DNA of 64,000 nucleotides. Origin: a virus. The notes beneath the pieces were generated by a model. That model saw only the letters and a program-made list of their open reading frames with translations, was not told the origin of the DNA and ran no database searches. The position numbers and the translations under genes were made by a program. Location: positions 32,001-96,000 of the IMG/VR virus record IMGVR_UViG_3300017991_000062. One strand, given 5' to 3'. Below are positions 19,116-29,184 of this stretch, piece after piece (position 1 is the first letter of the stretch; every line of letters begins with the position of its first letter).

Positions 19116-21272
19116 GTGGCCACCGTCCCGAGCTTCAAGTTCGCGGTATTTTTCTACCCGGAGATCCTGTCCGAGCTGCGGACGTGGATGCGGATCAACG
19201 TCCCCGAGATCACGAATGAGAACGATTACGAGGTCGCGGTCCAGCTCATCAAGGCGTTCGCCCTGGTCGGGCACCTCAACAGCGTCCACCTCGATGCCGC
19301 TGCCAACGAGGCCATCTACGGCACGGCGAAACTCCTGGAGTCGGTGCGACAGCACCTCAAGCTCATCGGCGTCGAGCCCGACACGGCCACCCCGTCGACG
19401 GCCGGGATGGTGCTCCAGCTCTCGAAGCACTTCGACGTCGCGACGGACGTGGTGCAGCCCTACGCACAGGTGAGCACCGAGCCGGCCGACAACGAGCCCG
19501 GGGTGGTGTTCGAGTACGTCGCCGACTCGGCCCTCGGCCCGACCAGCAACACGGGACGCCTGACCTACATCTACGCCGAGGAGGCTGCCGTCTTCTCCGC
19601 GAACTACGCGAGTGACGCCGAGTCGGGAACGCCCTGGACACCGTTCGCGAGCCTGGAGGCTGGCGACAAGCTGTACTTCGGGCACGACTCCGTCCTGTGG
19701 TTCGGGATGGCGCTGGAGGTCAACACGCCCGGCGTCGACTACGAGGGTGTCTGGGAGGTCTACATCGGCGACAGCCTGGCACGGCCGCCGGGCTCCGTCA
19801 CCGACCTCGGAAGCACCCTCCGCTTCGGCTTGAACGACGTGCTCGGCAGCACCTCGGTCGCCGGGCTGGAGGTGCGGATCGCAGTCGCGAAGACCGGCGT
19901 CTCCGAAGACCTCGTGGTGCAGTGGGACGGCGTCGATAACTACATCGAGACGACCACGCTGCTCAACCAGGAGAGCCCGAGCACGGACCCCCTCGACTAC
20001 CGGCTTTCGATGGAGTGGCTCCCGCAGGGGATCTCGGACGACACCTCCAGCTTCCAGTCTGGCGGCACGAACCAGGTCCGCATGATTCCGCTCTTCGATT
20101 ACGGTATCGAGTGGCAGAAGACGGAAGTGAACGGGGTCGAGGGCTACTGGACCCGGTGGCGCTGCACCGGCATCGGGACGCCCACCGAGCCCATCCTCGC
20201 GGAGATCGACACGTCGTCACTCCCGGCTGTGCTCGCCTTCACCGTCACCCAGGGCCAGCGCGTCACGCAGGAGCCGCTCGCGACCGGAACCGGCGAGGTG
20301 TGGCAGGTGTACACCCTCGCTCGCACCGGCTACATCGGCGGCACCCTGGAGATCACGGTCGACGGTGTGGCTTGGAGCGAGGTGGAGAACTTCATCAACT
20401 CCAGCTCGCTCGACCGGCACTTCACGGTCGAGGTCGGGAGCGAGGACCTGGTGCTGGTCGGGTTCGGCGACGGCGACAACGGCGCCATCCCGGCCGCGGG
20501 TGCCGTCATCAACGCCTACTACCGCATCGGAGCAGACCAGGACGGCAACGTCGCGGCCCGGTCGATCACGGTCAACCGCAGCGGCATTCCCTACGTCACG
20601 GAGCTGTACAACTGGAGCGCCGGGGTGGGCTGGTCGGAGAAGGAGGGCGCCGACGAGGACAGTCTGGAGCGCCTCAAGATCGAGGGGCCGGCCGAGATGC
20701 GCACCATCGGCCGGGCCTGCACCGAACCGGACTTCGAGCCCGTGGCGAAGCAGTACGTCGGGGCGGGTGGGACGAGCCCCATCGTGCGGGCGTATCCCAT
20801 CATCAACGGGCTCGGCCCCAAGACGGTCGCGCTCTACGTCGTCGGCAGCGGCAGCGACTTCCTCACGTCGGCCGTGCTCGAAGATATCGAGGACTGGTTC
20901 AACGGCGACGAGGCCAAGGGCTACGAGTCGCGCATCTTCCTCAACTACCTCCTCGGCGCACAGAACTTCACCCCGCGCACGATCACGGTCGAGGCCGTGG
21001 TTACCGCCCGCGGGGTCACGGCCGGCCAGATCAAGGCGGCCCTGATGACCTACCTTTACCCGACCGCTGTGCATAGCGACGGGGTGACGTGGCGCTGGGA
21101 CTTCGGGGAGAAGGTGTCGCGGAATAAGCTCATCGCTGCCATCGACGCGGTCGCGTCCGAGCAGATCGAGGACATCGTGCTCACGACCCCGGCTGCTGAC
21201 GTGCTACTCAACCCCGACGAGCTGCCCTACACGACCAACGCCGACCTGACGATTACGGTGGTGGAGCCCTGA
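19116..21272 (+). CDS. Baseplate J-like wedge protein
   Basis: L..W....PE.T..N...V.VQLI..FA...D..ANE...TA....SV; FGDGDNGAIP...AYYRIG...GNV; G.DE.S.ERLK...RA.T..DFE. Confidence 0.9.
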   Translation: MATVPSFKFAVFFYPEILSELRTWMRINVPEITNENDYEVAVQLIKAFALVGHLNSVHLDAAANEAIYGTAKLLESVRQHLKLIGVEPDTATPSTAGMVLQLSKHFDVATDVVQPYAQVSTEPADNEPGVVFEYVADSALGPTSNTGRLTYIYAEEAAVFSANYASDAESGTPWTPFASLEAGDKLYFGHDSVLWFGMALEVNTPGVDYEGVWEVYIGDSLARPPGSVTDLGSTLRFGLNDVLGSTSVAGLEVRIAVAKTGVSEDLVVQWDGVDNYIETTTLLNQESPSTDPLDYRLSMEWLPQGISDDTSSFQSGGTNQVRMIPLFDYGIEWQKTEVNGVEGYWTRWRCTGIGTPTEPILAEIDTSSLPAVLAFTVTQGQRVTQEPLATGTGEVWQVYTLARTGYIGGTLEITVDGVAWSEVENFINSSSLDRHFTVEVGSEDLVLVGFGDGDNGAIPAAGAVINAYYRIGADQDGNVAARSITVNRSGIPYVTELYNWSAGVGWSEKEGADEDSLERLKIEGPAEMRTIGRACTEPDFEPVAKQYVGAGGTSPIVRAYPIINGLGPKTVALYVVGSGSDFLTSAVLEDIEDWFNGDEAKGYESRIFLNYLLGAQNFTPRTITVEAVVTARGVTAGQIKAALMTYLYPTAVHSDGVTWRWDFGEKVSRNKLIAAIDAVASEQIEDIVLTTPAADVLLNPDELPYTTNADLTITVVEP

Positions 21273-22711
21273 TGGTTACGACCGGCGACACGGCCTTCGA
21301 GAGGGACATCTACAAGTTTCTCCCGAAGATGCTGCGCGACATCGACCAGGATGAGGGCATGCGCCTCCTGGAGCGCTACCTCCAGGGCATGACCGACGTC
21401 TGGGATTCCATCGCGGATCGGATCGAGGACTTGCGCGGCCTGGCAAATCCGCTGAACATCCCCGACGCGGTGCTTCAGCACATCATGCCACTGCTCGGGT
21501 TCGGCGGCGACCTCTCCTACGTCTGGAACGCCCTGTCTCCGACCGACCTGCGCCGACTCGCGTTCGCAGCGGTTTCGCTGTGGCGGTTCAGCTCCACCGA
21601 GCAAGCTGTACGCATCGCAGCCCGGTTCCTCTCCGGGAAGCCGTTCCTAGTACGCAACCTGCACGACTTCCTCCCCGTCGCTGACGACCTCACATTCGGC
21701 ATCAGCTACGACACGAAGGCGCTGTGGGTGGTCGGCAGTGACCCGTCGCCGTACAACATGGACAGCGTCGACCTCCACATCGTTGACGAGGGCGACCTCG
21801 ACCACACCCTGCTCCGCAACCTCATCGGCATCACCCGGGCTGCCGGCGAGAAGGTGGTCATCGTCTACGCCCAGTTCCTTGACCGCTTCCGCGATGCCGA
21901 GCTGACGCAGTGGTCGCAGAACGGGCCGGTGACCGCAGCCGGCGACGGCATCGTCAAGCTCGGCCCCGGCAACGCATTCATCGTCGCAGAGTCGGTCAAC
22001 GCGCCTTTCGACAACTTCCTGCTCACCACCACCATGACCAGGCGGGACAGTGGGGCAAGCTCCGACGAGTCGATGACCATCTTCCGCCTGACCGATCTGG
22101 CCACGGCTCCCTCGGGCTACCTGTTCGGGTTCGAGTCCAGCTACGGGCTCGGCACCGGACCTGCGAGCTGGTTTCTCGCCAGGCTCGACGCAGGTGTCCC
22201 GACGTCGCTCGCTGGCGGGACACACCTGTTCGCAGACGAGCACGAGTACCATTTCGCCATCCACTGCTTCGAGGCGGGTGCCGGCACCTACATCCGCATC
22301 ACGGTCGACGGTGCCGTGCTCGCGGAGGTGACCGACGCCTATTCTGGCCGCAACCTGGAAGGCGACATCGGGTTCAGCAACGAGGGCGGCGACCAGGAGT
22401 ACACCGAGGTCGGAGTGGTCGAGATCCTGCCGCAGCCGGCAGACCTGGAGCTAGTCGCATCACCGATGAAGCTCACCCCGACCGCGGTGACTGTGAATGG
22501 CGGTGCGACCGTGCCGTTCACAGGCTTCGGCGGTGCCGAGGACTACTACTGGAGCATCCCCGTGAACAACTCGGGTGCGAGCATCGCGAAGCTCGACACG
22601 GACGAGGCCGAGTACACCGCTGGATTCCCTGGGAGCACTGTGGTAGACACGGTGCGCGCGACCGACGTGTTCGGGAACTACGCCGAGGCGCAAGTCACGG
22701 TCGAGCCGTAG
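21272..22711 (+). CDS. Baseplate wedge protein (P2 gpI-like N-terminus) with lectin-like and Ig-like domains
   Basis: IYKFLPKMLRDID...LERYL...PLNIPDAVLQHIMPLLGF...RRL...AVSLWR; beta-sandwich segment (ITVDG...VTD...GDIGF). Confidence 0.75.
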   Translation: MVTTGDTAFERDIYKFLPKMLRDIDQDEGMRLLERYLQGMTDVWDSIADRIEDLRGLANPLNIPDAVLQHIMPLLGFGGDLSYVWNALSPTDLRRLAFAAVSLWRFSSTEQAVRIAARFLSGKPFLVRNLHDFLPVADDLTFGISYDTKALWVVGSDPSPYNMDSVDLHIVDEGDLDHTLLRNLIGITRAAGEKVVIVYAQFLDRFRDAELTQWSQNGPVTAAGDGIVKLGPGNAFIVAESVNAPFDNFLLTTTMTRRDSGASSDESMTIFRLTDLATAPSGYLFGFESSYGLGTGPASWFLARLDAGVPTSLAGGTHLFADEHEYHFAIHCFEAGAGTYIRITVDGAVLAEVTDAYSGRNLEGDIGFSNEGGDQEYTEVGVVEILPQPADLELVASPMKLTPTAVTVNGGATVPFTGFGGAEDYYWSIPVNNSGASIAKLDTDEAEYTAGFPGSTVVDTVRATDVFGNYAEAQVTVEP

Positions 22712-22723
22712 CAGGAGGGCGTC

Positions 22724-25552
22724 ATGGCGACTGGCCAGAAGCTCGTCAACATGTACACGAAGAAGGTCGTCCCGGGTGACGAGATCCGCGACAACTGGAT
22801 CGAGTACCAGAACCAGCTCATTGAGGACAACCTCGCCGCGCTCTACCCGACCAGCGGGTTTTTCGGCGCACCTCCCCCGGTGACGGTCTCAAGCTCGGCC
22901 ATCGACACCTTCGAGATCAGTAGCTACAACGGGCTCCAGTCGAACGGCGTGGACCCCGTGCGGCGCTACGACTACGCGGGCGGCGACACCATCCCCTTCG
23001 AGAATGCGGCGACCGACTACTGGGTCCAGACGTGGCTCGCGCTCGCCCCAGAGTTCGCGTCGGCCGGGCTGGAGGGCAGCCCCGAGTTCGGGACCTACCG
23101 CTACTCCCACTTCGAGGAGCAGGTGGGGTACTTCACCGAGCCGGACAGCGTCTCCGATCTGGCGCCTGGCGTGCGACTCGTCATCGACGACGTGCTCACG
23201 GCCGGCGAGGGCACCACCTTCGACCAGAGCGGCCGGCAGGTCACGGTCATGCTGTGGCCGGACCCGATGAGCCTGGACCCGGCCGTGGCCTTCCAGACGC
23301 TCACGGTGCAGTGGAGCGGGACGAACAACTATGTCGACGCGCCCGACTACCTGGGCGACACCGCGATCCGCGCCGCGGCGCAGTACCGGGTCTTCGTGCC
23401 GGTGTGCACCATCAGCAAGTCCAACCCCACGGGCGACGGCAATTGGGTCGCGAAGATCACGGGCAACCCCGGCGGCTCGCCCACCGTGTTCGACTACAGC
23501 GGTCAGACGGTGCTCGGGTTCAGCCCGTCCACCATCACCGCCGCGTTCCAGCGCGAGCACACCCTGACGGGTGGCTCCTACGACGGCCTCCATGACAACG
23601 TCCACGCCGACAGCTACAGCAACCGCAGCGCGGCCGAGGGCGGCGCTGCGGGAACCAAGCTCTCCTTCCAGGGTGTCGACGGCAGCGACTACGGTCAGCA
23701 GTTCCAGTACTTCGACCACGTCGGCGGCCTGCGCTGGATGAAGGACGGGCACGGCCAGGATTACACCTACTGCAACGACTACGACCTGTCGCCCAAGAGC
23801 AACCCGTTCCTCGACATACTGTTCGTGGGATACACTGGTGAGGGCTCCAAGGTCGCAACGCAGTACCGGTCCATCGGACTCGACGACGAGATGGTGAGTG
23901 GCGAGCTTGACGTCGCCATGTATATCGGTGGCGGAAACTACCCGGCCGGGCTCACCTGCACCACGAAGAACGGCGGCACCATCGACGTGACGGGCGTGCC
24001 CGACATGACGACTGACCCGGTGCTGGTCGCGATGGGTGGTAGCGGGCTCGCCTTGTTCGCGAACGTGCTCGGCACCACTACCCGGAATAGCTGGTACGTC
24101 GTCGACGTCCTCGATGCTGATACCCTGACGGTCGCGAACCTGGACGGTAGCAGCGTGAGCTGGACCGGCGACGAAGCCGGCACCATGACCTTCTACCTCA
24201 TGCGTCGGCAGACGATGGTGAAGCAGGATAGCGCCACCGACGAAGCGCTACACCTGCTCGTCTCCCCGTTCGACACGGTGATGTGCCAGGGCGACTTCGT
24301 GATGGACCGGCCGCCGGATGGTGGGACGAACCAGTTCTTCGGGTGGGGCTTCGCCTACTACGACATCAACCGAGACCAGTTCATCTTCGAGGCCAGGGCC
24401 AGTGGCGCGGCGGCGGGGATGAGCTTCGCCGGGAACGACGAGTGCATCAGCGACCCGGCCGGTATCACCGGGCCGAGCGAGCGCTGGAGCGGCTTCGGCT
24501 CCTTCCAGGCCGCCGACGATGGCGACCTCCTGCTCTACACCGGCAACGACAGCTCGGGCTCCATCTACTTCGGCCGGCCGCACGAGGGCACGAGCTGGAG
24601 CTGGCTGACCTACACCGACCTCTACATGGCACTGACGCCGACCGCCAATTACAGCATGAAGTCGATCCATCCGTGGACCGACGGGTTGAGCCTCGGCACC
24701 ACGACGGGGCCGCTGCGGTGGGACATCGACGCGAAGGATCTCGGGGTCGGCGGAAGCGTCGTGACCAACCTCATCCCGAGCACGGGCGGCGGGCAGACCA
24801 TCGGCGACGCGACTTTCACCTGGGACGCCTACTTCCAGGACGTCGAGTTCAAGAGCGGCGGCTCCGTGCTGTTCGAGGTCAACCCCCAGATCAAACACGC
24901 GACCGACCCCTATCTGGAGCTGTGGGATACGGGGGCTTCGACCAACGAGGGCCGGGCATGGCTCCAGGCGGGAGCCGACCGGGTGCGCATGGTGCTGGTC
25001 AACGATGCTGGTGCGGAGATCGAGGAGGCGTTCTACATCGAGCGTGCAACCTCGACCGGCGCGATGGCCGGAATGTACGTCCGCGACAGCCTCTACCCGC
25101 TCACCGATGCCGGGAGCGGCAACGCGTACCTCGGCAAGAGTAACTCGCGCTGGGAAGGCTCGTTCAAGACCGCGACCTTCTGGGACGGCACGGCCGGGAC
25201 CTACTACTGCGACCTCGAAATGGCGACCTCGGTCGGCACCGACGACTTCCGCATCAAGCCCGGCGGGACGGACGCCTACTCCTTCCAGGCCACCGAGTTC
25301 AACACGCAGACTATCGCCCCCTTCGCTGCGGGCGACACCATCGGCAAGAGCGGTGACCGATGGTCCACAGCCTACATCGACACCATCGTCGGCAACCCGA
25401 GCGCCGACGACCGGGTGACGATCCAGAACGTGCTCCGGGTGACGCCGATCTCCAGCGACCCGAGCAGCCCGTCGAACGGCGACATCTGGTACAACTCGAC
25501 CAGCAACGAGCTGAAGGCTCGGGTCAACGGAGCCACTGTGGTCCTCGCATAG
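22724..25552 (+). CDS. Tail fibre / receptor-binding protein
   Basis: 942 aa G/T/S/D-rich, last gene of tail module; 'P.T....LG....RW' fibre repeats; C-terminal SDPSSPSNGDIWYNSTSNELK. Confidence 0.8.
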   Translation: MATGQKLVNMYTKKVVPGDEIRDNWIEYQNQLIEDNLAALYPTSGFFGAPPPVTVSSSAIDTFEISSYNGLQSNGVDPVRRYDYAGGDTIPFENAATDYWVQTWLALAPEFASAGLEGSPEFGTYRYSHFEEQVGYFTEPDSVSDLAPGVRLVIDDVLTAGEGTTFDQSGRQVTVMLWPDPMSLDPAVAFQTLTVQWSGTNNYVDAPDYLGDTAIRAAAQYRVFVPVCTISKSNPTGDGNWVAKITGNPGGSPTVFDYSGQTVLGFSPSTITAAFQREHTLTGGSYDGLHDNVHADSYSNRSAAEGGAAGTKLSFQGVDGSDYGQQFQYFDHVGGLRWMKDGHGQDYTYCNDYDLSPKSNPFLDILFVGYTGEGSKVATQYRSIGLDDEMVSGELDVAMYIGGGNYPAGLTCTTKNGGTIDVTGVPDMTTDPVLVAMGGSGLALFANVLGTTTRNSWYVVDVLDADTLTVANLDGSSVSWTGDEAGTMTFYLMRRQTMVKQDSATDEALHLLVSPFDTVMCQGDFVMDRPPDGGTNQFFGWGFAYYDINRDQFIFEARASGAAAGMSFAGNDECISDPAGITGPSERWSGFGSFQAADDGDLLLYTGNDSSGSIYFGRPHEGTSWSWLTYTDLYMALTPTANYSMKSIHPWTDGLSLGTTTGPLRWDIDAKDLGVGGSVVTNLIPSTGGGQTIGDATFTWDAYFQDVEFKSGGSVLFEVNPQIKHATDPYLELWDTGASTNEGRAWLQAGADRVRMVLVNDAGAEIEEAFYIERATSTGAMAGMYVRDSLYPLTDAGSGNAYLGKSNSRWEGSFKTATFWDGTAGTYYCDLEMATSVGTDDFRIKPGGTDAYSFQATEFNTQTIAPFAAGDTIGKSGDRWSTAYIDTIVGNPSADDRVTIQNVLRVTPISSDPSSPSNGDIWYNSTSNELKARVNGATVVLA

Positions 25553-25603
25553 CAGGACCATCCACTACAGGCCGCTCGACGCGGCACTGACTGGAGGAAC
25601 GAC

Positions 25604-26125
25604 ATGGGGAACAAGACCAAGAAGAAGACGGCGACCGCGGCCGGCAGCAAGAAGGCCCGGCAGCGGAAACGACCTGGCGGCAAGCCGGCCAAGGCCGCGG
25701 CCAAGCCGGGAGCCCAGGTGCGGCAGCTCACGCCCGGGATGCTGGGTACGGTATCCTCCAGCGGCGACAAGGAGGTTGACGGCATCGTTGACCGGCTGCT
25801 GAAGACAGACCCGGCCACGGTCGACGACGCGGTACTCTCCCACCTGCTCAAGGGGTGGCAGCCCAAGGCCATCGCCTTCGGTGGTGTGAATCAGCAGGTG
25901 ATGCAGCTCAAGGCGCAGCTCAAGCGCGCCGAGGAGGAGGCGGCCAAAAACAGCGGCGGCGTCCAGGCGGTCGAGGCCATGATTTTCGACCGCGTGCGCG
26001 AGATGCTGGAGGCCGGGAAGATCCTGTGCGATGGCTGCGGCACGAGGTTCACGGAAGGACACGTCACGACAGAGGACGGGGTGGTGCTCTGCGAGGCGTG
26101 CTTCAAGGCGGCGGTTCCCGAGTAG
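25604..26125 (+). CDS. Hypothetical protein: Lys-rich N-terminus, coiled coil, C-terminal CxxC-CxxC zinc finger
   Basis: GGAGG RBS; CDGC...CEAC. Confidence 0.7.
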   Translation: MGNKTKKKTATAAGSKKARQRKRPGGKPAKAAAKPGAQVRQLTPGMLGTVSSSGDKEVDGIVDRLLKTDPATVDDAVLSHLLKGWQPKAIAFGGVNQQVMQLKAQLKRAEEEAAKNSGGVQAVEAMIFDRVREMLEAGKILCDGCGTRFTEGHVTTEDGVVLCEACFKAAVPE

Positions 26126-26146
26126 GGGCTGCCCGAGGAGGACGAG

Positions 26147-26500
26147 ATGGAACAGGCAATCACTACGGCTCTCGGACGACTGCTCGGGTGGGACGTGCTG
26201 TCGCTGGCCGGCGGCATCTACTTCCTGATGGTCGCCCTCAAGGTGGTACTCGGGAACGAGCTGAAGGACAAGCCACTCGTCAACCGGCTGCTCTTCGTGG
26301 CGCCGCTGGTCATCTGCGTGGGCATCGCCTTCATCCCGGGCATGTTCGAGGACGTCACCACGGCCGGCGCGAAGGTGCGAATGGGCCTGTGGACCGGTGG
26401 TGTGTCGATGTGGTTCCACCTCATCCTCAAGTTCATCCTGGGTGACAAGGCGAGGGCTGCTATCGCCGGCAAGGTGAACAGCCTGATTCGGAAGGGGTGA
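26147..26500 (+). CDS. Putative holin (multi-TM)
   Basis: 117 aa, about three hydrophobic segments, basic C-terminus; follows tail module, precedes spanin-like genes. Confidence 0.6.
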   Translation: MEQAITTALGRLLGWDVLSLAGGIYFLMVALKVVLGNELKDKPLVNRLLFVAPLVICVGIAFIPGMFEDVTTAGAKVRMGLWTGGVSMWFHLILKFILGDKARAAIAGKVNSLIRKG

Positions 26501-26504
26501 CGCT

Positions 26505-26696
26505 GTGCCTGCACCGATCCTGAAGTACTTCGAGTTCGAGCACCTGCCTCCTGACCTCCAGGCGTTCAGCAAGCCCCTTGGCGAGCTGGCGCACAAGCTG
26601 GACGCGGACCTGCCCGACTGCGCCGAGAAGTCGGCCGGACTGCGCAAGCTCCTGGAGGCCAAGGACTGCTTCGTGAGGGCGGCCCTGGACAAGTAG
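26505..26696 (+). CDS. Small helical-hairpin protein, Acb2/Tad1-like candidate nucleotide sponge
   Basis: YFEFEHLPPDLQAFSKP...EKSAGLRKLLEAKDCFVRA: widespread phage family; resemblance to Acb2/Tad1 hairpin recalled, not searched. Confidence 0.5.
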   Translation: MPAPILKYFEFEHLPPDLQAFSKPLGELAHKLDADLPDCAEKSAGLRKLLEAKDCFVRAALDK

Positions 26697-26723
26697 CTCC
26701 AGCGCCAGGCCGCAGGAGGGGAC

Positions 26724-27080
26724 ATGCTCAAGGCCCGACTCACCAACCTCATCCTCCGTGCGAAAACCGGCGGCTGGAAGGTGTGGCTCGTCCTGGCCCT
26801 GGTGCTCGCCGGGGTGGCCCTCGTGCTGAAGCTGGTCTTGACCCCGCGCCCCAAGGGCGGCAGCGGTGGCGCCCCAGGCGAGCGGGCCACCGACGAGGCC
26901 CAGGAGGCGGCCGGCCGGCTGGAGGTTCACATCAAGGCCACCCGCGACCGCATCCGGCAGGCCGAGGCCGAGCTGGAGTCCCGGCGGGAGGAGCTGGACG
27001 AGATCAAGGCCGAGCCCGACAAGGCCGAGAAGCTGCGCAGGCTGGCCGAGCTGTCCAACCGGCAGGCTAGGCGCCCGTAG
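26724..27080 (+). CDS. i-spanin-like protein (N-terminal TM + coiled coil)
   Basis: VWLVLALVLAGVALVL TM then helical heptads; lysis-cassette position. Confidence 0.55.
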   Translation: MLKARLTNLILRAKTGGWKVWLVLALVLAGVALVLKLVLTPRPKGGSGGAPGERATDEAQEAAGRLEVHIKATRDRIRQAEAELESRREELDEIKAEPDKAEKLRRLAELSNRQARRP

Positions 27081-27091
27081 GAGGCCGAACG

Positions 27092-27628
27092 ATGCTCCGG
27101 AGGCCCAAGGACCCCCGTTTGGCCCCGTTCGTGCTCCTGGCGGCGGCCTGGGCAGCCCTGTCGGTGCTTCCAGCCGGCTGCGCAGGGGCGGATCGCACCC
27201 CACGGTCTGCCGATGCACTGCGCATCGGTTCAGGTGTCCGCGTGGAGCTGGCCAGCCTGCCCGAGTTCCAACTGCCGGCCGACCCCGAGCCCGTGCCCGA
27301 CGCGACCCCTCCGAACGAGGCCCTGGGCCAGGGGAGCCCGGCGCCATTCGACGGCATCCTGGTCACGGCCGAGTGGATGACGTGGCACCACGAAGTCGTC
27401 CTCCAGCGCGACGAGCTGAAGGTGAAGGCCGCGGCCTGGGCCGACCTGATACCGAAGCTCCACGGCGAATGCCTCGACGGGCTGGCCAGGACCGCAGCGG
27501 CGGCCGAGCTGAAGTGGTGGGAAGACCCGGCCCTGAACAGGTGGGCCGGCTTCCTGCTCGGTGTCGGGCTCACCATCGGCGGCATCTTCGCGGCCGACGC
27601 TATCGACGACCAGGTCGAGAAGCCGTAG
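27092..27628 (+). CDS. Spanin-like lipoprotein with additional C-terminal TM
   Basis: Signal peptide ending VLPAG-C; C-terminal hydrophobic WAGFLLGVGLTIGGIFAA. Confidence 0.55.
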   Translation: MLRRPKDPRLAPFVLLAAAWAALSVLPAGCAGADRTPRSADALRIGSGVRVELASLPEFQLPADPEPVPDATPPNEALGQGSPAPFDGILVTAEWMTWHHEVVLQRDELKVKAAAWADLIPKLHGECLDGLARTAAAAELKWWEDPALNRWAGFLLGVGLTIGGIFAADAIDDQVEKP

Positions 27629-27657
27629 ACCCGACCCCTCGCCCGATCCAGAACTGT
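27629..27657 (+). promoter_or_regulatory. Putative phage-sigma (middle) promoter, copy 1
   Basis: ACCCG-N17-GAACTGT, intergenic, upstream of UvsW-like helicase. Confidence 0.65.
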
Positions 27658-27692
27658 TGCTCACGGGCTACGCCCGGGGAGGAGGGTTCGCC

Positions 27693-29159
27693 GTGATCGT
27701 GTTGCGAGTGGGCGATAACAAGACCGTCATCGAGGGCGCGGACAAACCGACGATCAAGCTGCTCGACCAGCGCACCTCATACCGCGTCGAGGGCTTCCAG
27801 TTCAGCAGCGGCTTCCGTAACCGGAGCTGGGACGGCAAGGTGCACACCCTGCGCTATTCCGCGACCTACGGGCTGCGGCTCTACACCGGGCTCGTCCCGG
27901 TGGTGACGCAGTACCTCCGCAACCTGGGTCACGAGGTCGTGGTGCACGACGAGCGCCGCGGCTTCACCCGGCGCTTTACGGTGGGCTGGTACTCCGACAT
28001 GGAGCTGCGCGACTACCAGAAGGACGTCATCGAGGACGCCCTGTCGGAGAGCGTGACGTTGCCAGGCCGCGGGATGCTGTCGATGGCGGTGCGCTCGGGC
28101 AAGACCGTCACCGCGGCCGGGCTCATCCACCGCACCGGGGCTCGGACCCTGTTCATCGTCAACCAGGAACGGCAGCTCACCCAGACGGTGAAGCTGTTCC
28201 GGTCCATCTTCAAGCGCGACCGGGTGGGGCAGGTGGGCGGCGGCCAGCGACAGCTCGGACGCCCCGTCACCGTGGCGATGGTGCAGACGCTCTTCCGGCG
28301 CCGGAAGACGGCCGAGATCCGCGAGTTGATGAAGTCGGTCGACATGCTGTTCGTGGACGAGTGCCACCACCTGCGCTCGGCCGAGACCTGGAAGCGGCTG
28401 GTGCTGATGTGCGATGCCTACTACAAGTTCGGCCTGTCGGCGACCATCTACCTGTCGCACAAGAAGGACGATAACAAGAAGGGCGCGGTGTGGCTCCACG
28501 CCCTGACCGGCCCGCTGCTCAAGACGGTCAGCACGCGCACCCTCATCGGCCGCGGTGTGCTGGTGCCGGCAACCATCCGCTTCATCCGGGTCAACGGGCC
28601 CGAGGTGGCCGGCTCCGACTGGCACCTGCTGAAGCGCGAGGGCATCATCGACCACCGGCAGCGGAACAAGCTCGCGGCCCTCACCGCTGCGAAGCGGCTG
28701 CGGCGCGGCCGGCGCGTGCTGGTCATCGCGCACGAGATCCGGCACATGAACAACCTGGAGGAGGAGCTGTCGAAGGCCGGTGTCGAGAGCGACCAGATCG
28801 CACGGGTCGAAGGCAAGACCAGCCCTGGCCGACGCGACGACCTCATCGGCGACTTCACCAGTGGCCGGAAGCCGCTCCTGCTCGGCAACGTGTTCAAGGA
28901 GGCGGTCGACATCCCGGCCATCGAAGACGTCATCGTCTGCGAGGGTGGCAAGGATCGGAAGGCGGCCATCCAGCGGCTCCGCAACCTGACGCCCGGCCGT
29001 GGCAAGGCCCGGCGCGTGTACCTCTACGACTTCGCCGACATGCACAACCGCATCCTCGCAGCGCACAGCGCGTCCAGGCTGGCCGCGTACCGCGCCGAGG
29101 GCTGTTTCGACTTCGGGGTGGTGGACCACCGCAAGCGGAGGCGACCGCGTAGGGCTTGA
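27693..29159 (+). CDS. UvsW-like superfamily 2 helicase
   Basis: N-terminal WDGK...YTGL; LRDYQ, AVRSGKT, DECH, LSAT, EAVDIP, YDFAD; GTG start after GGAGGG. Confidence 0.85.
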   Translation: MIVLRVGDNKTVIEGADKPTIKLLDQRTSYRVEGFQFSSGFRNRSWDGKVHTLRYSATYGLRLYTGLVPVVTQYLRNLGHEVVVHDERRGFTRRFTVGWYSDMELRDYQKDVIEDALSESVTLPGRGMLSMAVRSGKTVTAAGLIHRTGARTLFIVNQERQLTQTVKLFRSIFKRDRVGQVGGGQRQLGRPVTVAMVQTLFRRRKTAEIRELMKSVDMLFVDECHHLRSAETWKRLVLMCDAYYKFGLSATIYLSHKKDDNKKGAVWLHALTGPLLKTVSTRTLIGRGVLVPATIRFIRVNGPEVAGSDWHLLKREGIIDHRQRNKLAALTAAKRLRRGRRVLVIAHEIRHMNNLEEELSKAGVESDQIARVEGKTSPGRRDDLIGDFTSGRKPLLLGNVFKEAVDIPAIEDVIVCEGGKDRKAAIQRLRNLTPGRGKARRVYLYDFADMHNRILAAHSASRLAAYRAEGCFDFGVVDHRKRRRPRRA

Positions 29160-29184
29160 CCGAGGTGCTGATGTGTCCTATGGT
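29156..29184 (+). promoter_or_regulatory. Host sigma70-type promoter upstream of initiator
   Basis: TTGACC (29156-61) - 17 bp - TATGGT (29179-84). Confidence 0.6.

Noticed and set aside
7064-25552. Extracellular contractile injection system / tailocin interpretation
   Set aside because: Head-tail adaptor, TP901-type tape measure and a full replication module are contiguous, indicating a phage
22724-25552. Diversity-generating retroelement targeting the tail fibre
   Set aside because: No reverse transcriptase and no template/variable repeat pair seen in the window
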